Assembly (NCBI RefSeq): GCF_006345805.1
Contig: NC_042997.1
Location: 176,576,001 to 176,640,000 of the forward strand
DNA from: Octopus sinensis
Taxonomy: Eukaryota
DNA length: 64,000 nucleotides
Direction of reading: 5' to 3'
Part shown: piece by piece, positions 49,301 through 60,647 of the stretch
How the letters are laid out: every line of letters begins with the position of its first letter
Position numbering within the stretch: position 1 is the stretch's first letter
The notes under the pieces: generated by a model
Databases searched by the model: none
Told to the model about the DNA's origin: nothing
What the model saw: the letters and a program-made list of their open reading frames with translations, nothing else
Translations under genes and position numbers: made by a program

Positions 49301-50547
49301 TAAACAAACATATTAAAGAAACTGCTGAGTTTCACTCTGTTGAGTGAAAAAGAAACAGGTTGATTTCTATTGTCTTTGAAGTTGTGAAAGCTTGGAAATG
49401 TGATACAGCAACATGTGATCAACAGTTAGGAATGCTGCTGAAGTTAAGCAGAAATGGATGTGTGTGTGTGATGAGTGTATTCTGGGTTGGCAGGAAAAAC
49501 AATTTGGAAGTTCATAAAATTTATGTGTAGAATGTGAAAAAGATTTAAATGGTACTTTTACCTCTTTCAAAGATAATGAGTGCTCCAGTTGGTGTTCATT
49601 AATGAGGTATTTGTATTTTAACTTTTTTTTCATACTTCAGAGTCTTTATATCATGGACTATAAAATTGCTTTTGTCATATGAAGCAATTTTATTTATATA
49701 AATTTGATGTAGAAACTAGTTGAAAAATCCTGAATATGTTCAACGAAAGGCATATCTAAATGGCATGGTTGTGGCTACATTGTTATTGAAATACTCTGGA
49801 CATCTTAATTTGAAGTTTTGAGGTTAATGTGCTACATTATCAAGTAAAATGTTCATGAACTTAAGTATAATTACAGCATTTTCTTGTGCTTAAGTCTTCA
49901 GAGTTGGTCGTTTCATGGAAGGAAAATTTTTCTCTGTAGGATAAAAAAAAAATCAGTCCTGAACTATTGCTATGGATTAATGATTCTGAATTATACTACT
50001 CAATTGTTTACTGCTCATACATATATGAGGTGTACATATATACACATTACACCCAAGGAGAAACTACTTGATAAGCAAGTTCCCATTTGTCTCTCAAAAT
50101 GACCCACATTTGAACAGTGTTCCTATCTTACTCCTCAAATTGGTCTGTATGACTGGATCTCTTCCTATCACCAAGTACTTCATAGAGTGTACTGGGTGCA
50201 TTTTCTTGTGACACCAACACTAGAGAAGTTAAGTCCTCATTGTGACAGAACTAAAAGGCTTCACAGTCCTTAACTTTCTCTTCTCATTTATGTACTGGGT
50301 ACATATTTCATGGTGTCAGCATTACAGAGGTTGTCTTATTCAAAAGGAAGCACAATAATGGTGGGTGTCTTAATGTGATTGCACCAGCACAAGAGGAGTA
50401 TGCCTTGTACACAATAAATGTGAAATCTGCTGGGGAGTGGTTGGCAAAAGCAGAGATGGATAAAGTAAGAGTTAGCAGTGGGTGGCTAACTATCCAAATT
50501 AGAGCTACGTATGCATTTCTTGCAAACTTGTACACTTCCATTTAAAC

Positions 50548-50910
50548 CAGGAGTTCTCAAACTAGGGTGCATAAATCCCTAGAGGTATACAAAAGAAATT
50601 ACATAGGTGTATGAGATTTGTTAAAACTGAAATTTTCAAGGAATCACCTACAACTATATTTCATTGTTGCAACCTCAGGTTTAGTAAATAGTATCATGAA
50701 GAATACATTGACAAATGTGTTGTTTGAAGGTCTTGACTTCCAGATATAATTAATAGCAAATAATACATTGTTTTATGGTGTCTATAAAATCACACTTACT
50801 ATTGTTGGTTTTATAGCATCCAGCTTTTTAACATATTCTTCACAAGGAGTACTCCATTACTGCCAGGTGTGATGAATGGGTTCACAGGGAGAAAAGTTTA
50901 AGAACCTCTG
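50548..50910. mobile_element. hAT-type MITE
   Basis: TIRs CAGGAGTTCTCAAACT and AGTTTAAGAACCTCTG; 8-bp flanks ATTTAAAC and ATTTAAAT (7/8 identical), the hAT TSD length. Confidence 0.8.
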
Positions 50911-51052
50911 ATTTAAATGAAACCTCTTGACATTTTAAATTATTTTTCTAAACTTTTTATTGTAAAAAATATTTCAGAATAACACTATAATTCATTATTT
51001 AACTGTACAATTTTTCTCTCATCTATCTTGCTTGAAAGATTAGCCTTAGGGA

Positions 51053-51241
51053 TCATCATCATCATCGTTTAGCGTCCGTTTTCCATGCTAGCATGGGTTG
51101 GACGGTTCTACTGGGGTCTGTGAAGCCAGAAGGCTTCATCAGGCCCAGTCAAATCTGGCAGTGTTTCTACGGCTGGATGCCCTTCCTAACGCCAACCACT
51201 CCGTGAGTGTAGTGGGTGCTTTTTACGTGCCACCCGCACGG
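51053..51241 (-). mobile_element. RTE extreme 3' fragment
   Basis: (CAT)n gtttagcgtccgttttccatgctagc..., closely matching 11339-11510. Confidence 0.88.
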
Positions 51242-51893
51242 GATAAAAGATGATAATCTGGAAATTTTCAGAGTTTGGTTTTTTTCTTAATAAAATCATG
51301 CATATCTTTGTAAAACATATTTTACTCCTAAAGTTACAGTTAGTAACTGATATTGCAATGTTTGGATTAAATAACCTATATAAATACTACATTTTAATAT
51401 GCCAAATTTATGAAAGACTTGTTTGGCTCTTTTTTTTTTTCTTAAATATCCAAGAATGTCTGTTTCCCATGCTGGCATGGTCAGGACAGTTTAACAGCAT
51501 CTGATGAATCTGGGAGTAGTGTGAAATTCCTGTCTACTCTGCCACGCTTTTCTATGGCTGAATGCTGTTCCTAATGCCAACCACTTTACTGTGTACTGAA
51601 TACTTTTTCATGGCACCAGCTTTAGTGAGGTAACCCTAACCACTTTAGTATTACTACAGTGCAGAACTAGAGGATGATTATGTTGGCAGGGGATGTCAAT
51701 AAACATCAGTTTTTAGCTCATCACTTTTCATGTAAAGCAAGATATATAAACATTTACACATATGACTGGCTTCCTTACAGTTTCTGTTTATCAGTTTCAC
51801 TTGTAAGGCATCAACTGACTTGGGGCTTTGTGTATACATGTATTCATATAAATGTGAAACCATATGCACATGTAGTAAATCAAGTTTTAGTTA

Positions 51894-52032
51894 CTCATTT
51901 TAAAATTTCTCTGTATTTTGGAAGCCATTTTTCTTAGATAGGAATGCTTTTCATTTTTGAACTTTGGTAGTTTCTCATTTTAAAATTTCTCTGTATTTTC
52001 GAAGCCTTTTTACTTTTGATTTTTGAACTTGG
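51894..52032. repeat. Local tandem duplication, ~80-bp period
   Basis: ctcattttaaaatttctctgtatttt(g/c)gaagcc at 51894 and 51974. Confidence 0.75.
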
Positions 52033-52218
52033 ATATATTTTCATTTAAATCTTTTGAATTGCTTCACTAAAATGTTCCATTAAAGTCAGTACTTTTTTTT
52101 GCTTGGTATACAAATTATTAAAAAAATATCTTTTAATGTATATATATATATATATATTCCATCTCTTTGTTTTGAATTTAATGAGTACAATTTGATAATT
52201 GTTCTTATTGTTATTTAG

Positions 52219-52355
52219 TTCCTAGAAATTTCCGGCTACTTGAGGAATATGAAGAAGGCCAGTCAGGTGTAGGTGAGGGAATAAGCTGGGGATTGGAATC
52301 AGATGATGATCTTTTATTTGTCCATTGGAACGGGACCATTGTAGGTCCAACTAAG
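52219..52355 (+). CDS. UBE2V2: UEV/MMS2 coding exon 2 ([46 protein letters not shown])
   Basis: ttatttag| acceptor and AAG|gtgag donor. The translation matches the [21 protein letters not shown].....W.G.I.GP signature of Mms2/Uev1. Confidence 0.96.
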
Positions 52356-53272
52356 GTGAGCTAATATGTTCATTTCTGTATTAATAATTGATTACTTGTT
52401 TTTAGAGTAATTTAAAATCTTTTTTCTAATATGTAATATTTTTATTTGGAAAAATTAATCAATGTGATTTCACATACACACACGTTATTATTTTTATAAA
52501 GGCAACAAGCTGGCAGAATTGTTAGTGTGCCAGGCAAAATGCTTAGTGGCATTTCATTTGTCTTTATGTTCTGAGTTCAAATTCCACTGGGGTCGATGTA
52601 ATCAACTATCCCCCTCCCCAAAATTTCAGGCCTTGTAGAGAGGATTGTTATTATTATTATTATTTCTTTCATTATTTTCTTTGGATAAATTACTGAAATC
52701 TTACCATTTAAAGTCAGAAAATGGGTTCTTGTTTTTAGATAAATGAAAATTATTAAGAAATCTGTCTTCATATTATTCTTTAGACAGTCTAATATAACTC
52801 TACATTGAAAACCTCTGTGGTTAATTCATGCATAATCCTTCAAAATTTAAGGTAAAATGGAAAAAAAAAAAAATACAGGAGCAATAACTTTTGCATATTT
52901 TTAAGAAGTTTTCTCTCTCTAAATGTCTCCATTATGAGAGCTCTCTTTTGCATTGCAAGCTGCAAGGTAAACCCACTAGTGATGATGCCACAAATAGCAC
53001 TCAGTAGGCATATGTTATGTTTTTATGCATGTTTTTCCATGATTGTATGGACTAGGTGAATATATTATTATGGAATTGTTTTCCTGTTGCCAACACCTTT
53101 ATCTCTTTTTCAAGTAATAAATTTTATTTTTCACACTTTCGAAAGTACAAAGCAAGGTGATTTGATAGTTACAACACCACCACCACTTGTAGCTTGTGAC
53201 TTGTATAGAATGCAAATGTAAACAACATGGATAGGGGAAACACACATGTTATGTATATGTGTGTGACAAATT

Positions 53273-53726
53273 TCTCTTTTACTTGTTTCAGTCACTTGAC
53301 CGTGACCATCCTGGAGCACCACCTTTAGTCGAGCAAATCGACCCCAGGACTTATTCCTTGTAAGCCTAGTACTTATTCTATCAGTCTCTTTTGCCAGACT
53401 GCTAAGTTATGGGGATGTAAACACACCAGCATCGGTTGTCAAGCAATGTTGGGGGGATACAGATACTCAAACATATACACACACGTACATATATATACAT
53501 GCATAAATATATACGACGGGCTTCTTTCAGTTCCCGTCTACCAAATACACTCACAAGGCTTTGGTCGGCTCGAGGCTATAGTAGAAGACACTTGCCCAAG
53601 ATGCTGTGCACTAGGACTTGAAACAAGACTTGTTTCAAGTCCTAGTGCACAGCATCTTGGGCAAGTGTCTTCTACTATAGCCTCGGGCCAACCAAAGCCT
53701 TGTGAGTGGATTTGGTAGACGGAAAC
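53273..53726 (-). mobile_element. SINE group A (minus) ending in a fold-back inverted duplication
   Basis: Group-A tail and body at 53273-53627; 53629-53726 is the reverse complement of 53530-53627. Confidence 0.9.
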
Positions 53727-56230
53727 ACTAATCTACCTTCATGAACTTTACAATTTTTGCATTATATGTGTGTGTGAGACACATCAGGACTCGGTTTCAT
53801 ATCTAGGGGTCTAGGATTTTGAAATATCAAAAACACCTATGAATTGTTTTCTTATGAAGTTTTTAGTATTGCATTCTGCATTTGAAGATCTGATAAGAAA
53901 CGTAACTCATTACATATCGATTTTTTCATTGTTTGAAGTAAGTTATTTCCCTTAGGTTGATTAAAATATATTTCAAGTTAGACTTACAAAGTATGGCATG
54001 GTTAAGGGAGGTGTTTCTGTAACTGCGATGTAGTAAAAAGTAAGAAATATAATGAACTACAAGATAAGTGAATTGCTGGCAAGGATTGACACTATAAGAC
54101 TATAGGTAAAGTAAATGAGATAACAATATGTGGGTATAATTGAAGAAAATTTGAACAAAGATTTGTCAACTATACTTTTTCCTTCAGAAATTTAGCAAAG
54201 AGAAATGCAAGCAAACTATCCTATTACATCTGTTGTTTGAATGGAGTAGCGTTCTACTCCATTCTTCAAGAGCTGCAGACAAAACAAATAGTACAAAAAG
54301 CTGTGTGTTATGCACTGCTTAAAAGAGCCTCAGGATATGTGGATTTAAGATTCTTGAATATCTGTCAGCTCAGAGATCATCACCAAATGTTGCCACTTTA
54401 GTAAATATTTTATCACAAGGCTTTGGTTGGCCCAGCATTATAGTAAAAGATACTTGCTCAAGGTTCTGTGCAGTAGGACTGAACTTGAAATATCTACACT
54501 ATCGTATATACAATACTGAAAAGAATTGGAATTTTGCATATTGATGGAGGATAAGGGACTATGAAATTCTGTTTTCTGCTTATCAAATATTGTGAAGAGG
54601 TATTACTACATTTATAGTTATTGTTATCTGAGTTCCAGTATATGTGCAATAAGGCTTGTTTATGTAATTTTATATCCGCAGCTGGTAAACAGTGCTTATT
54701 GGACCTCCAGGAGATCAAACACCAGTACTTATTGCAAATCCACGTGGAACTTCATAAAGCATTAGTTTTTCAGTTACCTTACAGATATACACCTGTATAG
54801 TCTCTATCTACCAGATTCCACTTACAAGGTATTGGTCAACTCAAGGCTATAGTATGTGCTGCACAGTGGATTCAAATTCAGAATCACTTCTTGTGAAGTA
54901 AATTTCTTGACCACAGAGTCATACATGTAAACATTGATTTTTGACTGATGAATTTAAGGGTCATTATAGTTATATTATAGTCTGATTTGACAGTTTATTG
55001 AAATATCATTTAATGTTAATTGGTTCATACATTATCTGTGCTACACATCATCTCTTCAGTATACAGTTTGATTCCACTGGTTAGAAAGTGTTCTTACAAT
55101 AGACTATTATCATTTGCTTTCTTCTCTTTTACCTATTCTGGTTTGGTTATACCTTAAGAAATTTGTTTTGCCTTGAGATACTCTATCGTCTTGTAATTAT
55201 CTTGATAAGTAGGTGTTTCCACTGTTTACATCAGAAATCACAATGAAATGGGGATAATGAAAAATATTACCAGTTAGCTCACATTATACAACAATTGCAA
55301 CATGGAAGGTGTTTATAAGCCATTTAAAACACACACAAAAACCGTTAGATTCACTTCCACATATTTAATTTGCCGAAATATTTTTGTGTGTTTTATATGG
55401 CTTATAAACATCTTCCACACTGCAATTGTTTTTGTTTCAGCACACGATCTCCGATCAGGTGACGTGCTATGCAAGTGCATCACATACAGCAATTGAAGAA
55501 ACAAGGGAGGCAACTCGAAACGTTTTTATTTATTAAGCTTCATTAGCAGATGTATTGTTGCTATTGCATCTGGTTTGCTCTCCAAAATGTTCATAAAAAA
55601 AAAAAATTCTATATAGCAATGATATTAATTGGATATTTCATTATAAAAGGGGCACTGATCATATATTTAAGTAAACGGGAAAAGGTGTATTATCTGAACT
55701 GATTCTTTTTCTTTTTTCAATTCCCCCACACATTTCTCTCAATAGATGGTTAGTAATAGTGTTGATGGTGGCTGCATTGAAACTAGTTGGTTCTGAAACA
55801 ATCTTGCAGTCCCATATATTTGACATTAATATATAAAATTGTTTGTATTGGCTTTATTTAGTTGAATGTTTACTTTTTTTTGCCTTCTACACATGCAGTG
55901 AAGATTATAGCAGCAATCACTACCGAGAGAGCTAATTAAGTATGAGTGCATTAAAGATTTTGTTTCTTTTGTAATTTTAAAAAATTGTATGGAAAATAGT
56001 ATGTGGATTAACTTTCATAGTTTTAATATTTTATATTTAATTAAAATAAGTTGCTCAGTTGGATTTGGTTTAAAATATTTCAGTTTAGTGATTAAATACC
56101 AAAATACCAAGTGATCATTTCAAACTATACACATTGAAAAACAGTTCATTTCATAAAAATAATAATCCGTTGCCAAAAAGCTTAAAATACTTTTTCCAAA
56201 TGTGTCATTTTCTAGACTTGGGCTAATGTA

Positions 56231-56475
56231 TTGGGCTGGTGCATAATTATTGTGGCTTTTTTCTGCAAATTTTATTCAACAAAAGCAATAATATTTAACA
56301 AAAACATCTTTAAATGACGGTCTGACCGTCTGCCAAGCAAATGGGAAGCAGTAATTGAAGTAGATGGTGAATATGTTCTGGAATAATCATTAAAAGATGT
56401 TTTTGTTACATGTTGTTTTTGTTGAATAAAATTTGTTGAAAAAAGCTTGGATAATTTGTTTACCTTCTCCATAAT
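56231..56475 (+). mobile_element. Mariner-derived MITE-like element
   Basis: TA|TTGGGCTGGTGCATAATTATTG mariner-type end; relic transposase C-terminus DRLPSKWEAVIEVDGEYVLE* at 56324-56386, between inverted repeats. Confidence 0.65.
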
Positions 56476-57746
56476 TTAGGTGGCAGCTCCTCTGTAGTCT
56501 CTCTGTTGAGATATTATCTATACCATAATACTGTTCTCTTCTTTTGTAGCTTTAGAGCCTTTAGTATCTTAAGTACTGAATACATTTTTGTAAGGAATAA
56601 ATGCTTAATCGCAAAGAAAATTCTTAAAATAGTCACTTAGTTTTTTAAAATATTAAGATATAATCTTATGGTAAATTAGAGATTCCTGTGGTAAGGCAAG
56701 CTTGAGGAAGAATCAGAATATCAGGTATTATTATATCAAGTCTTCTAAATAGTTGCGTTTATTATATTACTCATCAATTACTAATTGGGCTCTGTTCATT
56801 AATTGTGGAGAATTGAGATTTTTAATGTTGCGAGGACTTAATTGTCAAAAAAGATCACATTTTATTTTGAAATTCTTGTGTGTTAAGTGATTTTGCTCAT
56901 TTTCTACAACTACAGGTTTAATTTGTCCAACACTTTGTATTTCTTCAATTTGTTGATTTTGTAAACTGCTGTAGTCAATCCATCTGCCTTTTATGCTGCC
57001 GTCATGTCTTGTCATGCTCTTATTACTAAAAATAACTTTCTGTAATGTTTTGTTGTTGCATGTTTTCCAGGTCTTGCACTGTGCCAAGATATAATTTATA
57101 AAAAAAGGTTGGGGCGGGAAGCATAGGACATAATATATTAGTGAAAATGTAATTGAAAATAGAATGTGGCAGATATTTGGCATCTCTTATTCTGCGACTA
57201 TTGAGATGTTTCCTTTTGAATTAACACTTTAAATCTAAATAACATTATCCTACTACAACCACATCACAAGGAGTAAAACATAGTTTAAAACACATTAAGT
57301 GCTGCAATATAGAAGTTTATGGGGATGGGGAGGTGAAATGGTCAAAGTATTGGATAAATATCTCAGGCATTGAGCATCATCTTCATGTTAATTTGTCTCA
57401 CCTTTTACTGTTGAAAAAATGACTGATTTATAAAATTACATGTTCTTTTAGTGGTTTCAGTCATTAGACTGTAGCCATACTAGGGTACCACCTTCAAGGG
57501 TTTTAGCTTATCACATCAATCTCATATTTGTATCAATTTGTATTTACTGAATCACTAAGTTGCAATTTTTTAACACATTACCAACAAACAGATGCACTTC
57601 TTCACTGTAATTTGTTTACTGAATTCTGCCTACAAGATATTGTTCAGTCTGAGACTATAGTAGATCACATAGCCAAGGTGCCACACAATAGAATTCCACT
57701 TGGAACCACATAGTTACAAGGTGAATCTTTTAACTATATGGCTATG

Positions 57747-57786
<40 letters not shown>

Positions 57787-58003
57787 TGCATGCACATAGA
57801 TGTTTTTAGGGAATATTTACTTCTCTATAGTCATGGACTTATTTACATTGTTTCTGACCATGGCTAATTAGCTTATACAATTTGTAATATTTGATATAAA
57901 ACTAAATTGTGATGTTTTTGTTTGCATGATTCTTATTGATTGAAATTGATTGACATGGAATGTGGCTTTTTTTTAATATATATATATTTTTTTTCCCTTT
58001 CAG

Positions 58004-58129
58004 ACTCCCTATGAGGGTAGAATATATAATTTGAAGATAGAATGTAGTCCTAAATACCCAGAAGAACCTCCTAATATTAAATTTCTCACAAGAATTAAGA
58101 TAAATGGTGTTAATGATACAAATGGAGTT
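58004..58129 (+). CDS. UBE2V2: UEV/MMS2 coding exon 3 ([42 protein letters not shown])
   Basis: tttttcccttttcag-type pyrimidine acceptor and GTT|gtaagt donor. 126 nt, phase 0/0, with the UBC-fold RIY.LKIEC.PKYP..PP motif. Confidence 0.96.
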
Positions 58130-58502
58130 GTAAGTTTAAATTCTTTTTCACTAATATTCTTTATGCTGTTCTTTGATTGTGATATAATGACCAGTTAAGC
58201 ATTGCTTATTATTTTGTAAAATGTTGTTTGTGTACTATTAGGTCAGCTCTGATTGAGCAGGCTTAAGTAGTTGGCTGCACAACTAGATTGCAATCTACAG
58301 ATCTAGAGCTTTGACTATTCCCTACCACTGCATGAGGTATGGCATGTATGAGGGTCTTGCTGCACATTCTGACATGCAGGTGTTAATTGTACTTGGTGCA
58401 GTATTGCAGTATGGGCAGCTTGTGTCTAGTGTGTTTCTGTATGTTTAGATTCTGGTGGCTACCACACTAGATAGCAGTAAGCTGAAGTCTGTCTGTTTGT
58501 CT

Positions 58503-58586
58503 GGCAAGTGTCTTCTACTATAGCCTCGGACTGACCAAAGCCTTGTGAGTGGATTTGGTAGGTGGAAACTGAAAGAAGCCCGTCAC

Positions 58587-58620
<34 letters not shown>

Positions 58621-58665
58621 CTGTGTTTGTCCCCCCAACATTGCTTGACAACTGATGCTGGTGTC
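58503..58665 (+). mobile_element. SINE group A internal fragment
   Basis: ggcaagtgtcttctactatagcctcgg...gaaactgaaagaagcccg + (AT/GT)n. Confidence 0.85.
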
Positions 58666-58929
58666 TTGATACTTAACACTGGTGCCTATCAGCAGAGTAT
58701 ATGGGGCTAATGAAGCTGTTGATGCTATTTTTTAATCTTTTTCCTGTCTTATTACTATGTGAGCGAAATAGGGTTCTAAGAATGATGTTATAGATATTTT
58801 TGCTTGTTTGGGAGTGTTGTAGCAGGGGCAGTGAAGGTTGGATCTCAGAGCTCACATAACCAAGTCTTCTATTTTTAGTATTTTTGTTTTGTTGTGCAGG
58901 TAGTTGGTTCTTGAGAAAATGAACTGTAG

Positions 58930-59280
58930 CTATGTCGGGTCACTGCCTTGAAGGGTTTAATTGAATAAATTGACACAGTACTTATTTTTTAAGTCTGCTA
59001 CATATTCTATCAGTCTCTTTAGCTTAACCATTAAGTTAGGACGTAAACAAACCAACACCAGTTGGGGTACAAAAACAAAGACATGCACACATGAATACAC
59101 ACACACACACACATGATGGGTTTTTCTCAGTTTGCCTCTAACAAATCCACTCACAAAGCTTTGGTCAATCCAGGGCTATAGTAGAAGACTCTTGCCAAAA
59201 GTGCTGTGCAGTGGAACTGAACCCAAGACCACATGGTTGGGAAGTAAGTTTCTTAACCACACAGCCACACCTGTGCCTGT
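58930..59280 (-). mobile_element. SINE group A, diverged full-length copy
   Basis: Reverse complement of head (cagccacacctgtgcc), body and tail. Confidence 0.8.
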
Positions 59281-60500
59281 ATGTTTAATTTTTTTTAGTT
59301 TCGTTTAAGTGGTGAATATTTTTTTGTTGCCATTGTGTGTATAAATTCACTGTAGAACTGCTAATGTTTGAAGGGAGATAATGGTAGCACTTCTGGCTTT
59401 TTATGGTCTAGGTTCATTTGTGTGTTTTGATATTTTGTGTGCATGTGTGTGTTGTTGGGTTGTAGTTTCATTTCAAAATAGTTTTTGTTTCATGCAGAGC
59501 CATCATGTGTTTGATGTATAATTGTATGGTTTTTTCATGTTCAACTGCTATGACTTTCTGTGATAAATCTTTAACCACTAATCAGCCATCTAGCTGTGAC
59601 CATACCATCTTTTCTGGTATATTATATCCAGGACTGCATTATCTTGTAATTGCAGTCATTTTAAATACATTTGGATGAAGTTTGAAGGAAATTCAGCTTC
59701 TCTTTCTCATAGGTCAAAGGACTACACAAGGGCTTCCTCATTGACTCGTATAAAAATATTTTATGAAATGTAGGCAAGTTTTATCATTTAAGAACTAACT
59801 AATGTAAAAATTATTGCTTGTGATTGCATAAGATTTTACACTAAATGTATTTGTAACCCTTTAAGCTCTGATCTCAAGATTCCTGATAGCAACTAAAATA
59901 TTTTTGTGACTTAATATAAAGTGATTAACTGGTGCAAGAAAAATGCTTGTTAGTAGCAATCCTGTGATTGTACTTTTCCTTGCAAAACTTATACTTCTTT
60001 TGTTTTATATATTTGATTGTTATGGAAATCTTTTCATCTTTATCAGTCAAAAAATGCAGTTAGGATGTGAAAGAACCTTTTAAAAACACTCAAAGCTGTG
60101 TTAGTTCCACATAAAATTTATTTGAGGTGTCAAAATTTTTGTCACATAATTGTAGATTTGATCATTGACACAGTTCCATCATCTGTGTCAGTGACTAGTT
60201 CACAGTTGTACGATGAAAATTTTCATATCACATTGATTATATTTAAATTTAAAAGGATTTTTTAACTGCTTTGTGACTCCTTAAATGACTCCTTCACTAC
60301 ATAGTTGCTTCAGTTTCAACACAATCTCAGATCAAGTCACTTGTTAGTCAGGTATAACTCAGAAACATTATTTTACAATTTTTAATTAATTTTTATCTAA
60401 ATGTGGAAATTTCAAACTTTTAGTAGGTTATTGTTTTATTAAAAAATATTCCACCAGTTCTTTTAATTTCGTTGTCTTCTCATTTGCCCTCGTTTTGCAG

Positions 60501-60647
60501 GTTGATCGGAAAAAAGTGTGTGTTCTTAATTGCTGGCAGAAAAACTACACAATCAAACATTTACTAACTGAAATAAGACAATTGATGTACATGAAGGAGA
60601 ATCAGAAGTTATCACAGCCTCAAGATGGTTCTATGTTCCAGAATTAG
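60501..60647 (+). CDS. UBE2V2: UEV/MMS2 coding exon 4 (VDRKKVCVLNCWQKNYTIKHLLTEIRQLMYMKENQKLSQPQDGSMFQN*)
   Basis: cgttttgcag| acceptor and TAG at 60645-60647. Carries the W...Y.IK..L.E.R.LM.KEN.KL.QP..G C-terminal motif. The spliced CDS is 435 nt (144 aa) with no internal stop. Confidence 0.96.
   Translation, partial: VDRKKVCVLNCWQKNYTIKHLLTEIRQLMYMKENQKLSQPQDGSMFQN

Noticed and set aside
55490-55530. Hammerhead-like fragment GAG-GCAA-CTC-GAAA
   Set aside because: The required CTGANGA directly before stem II is absent (caagggag), and no stem III or NUH site can be formed.
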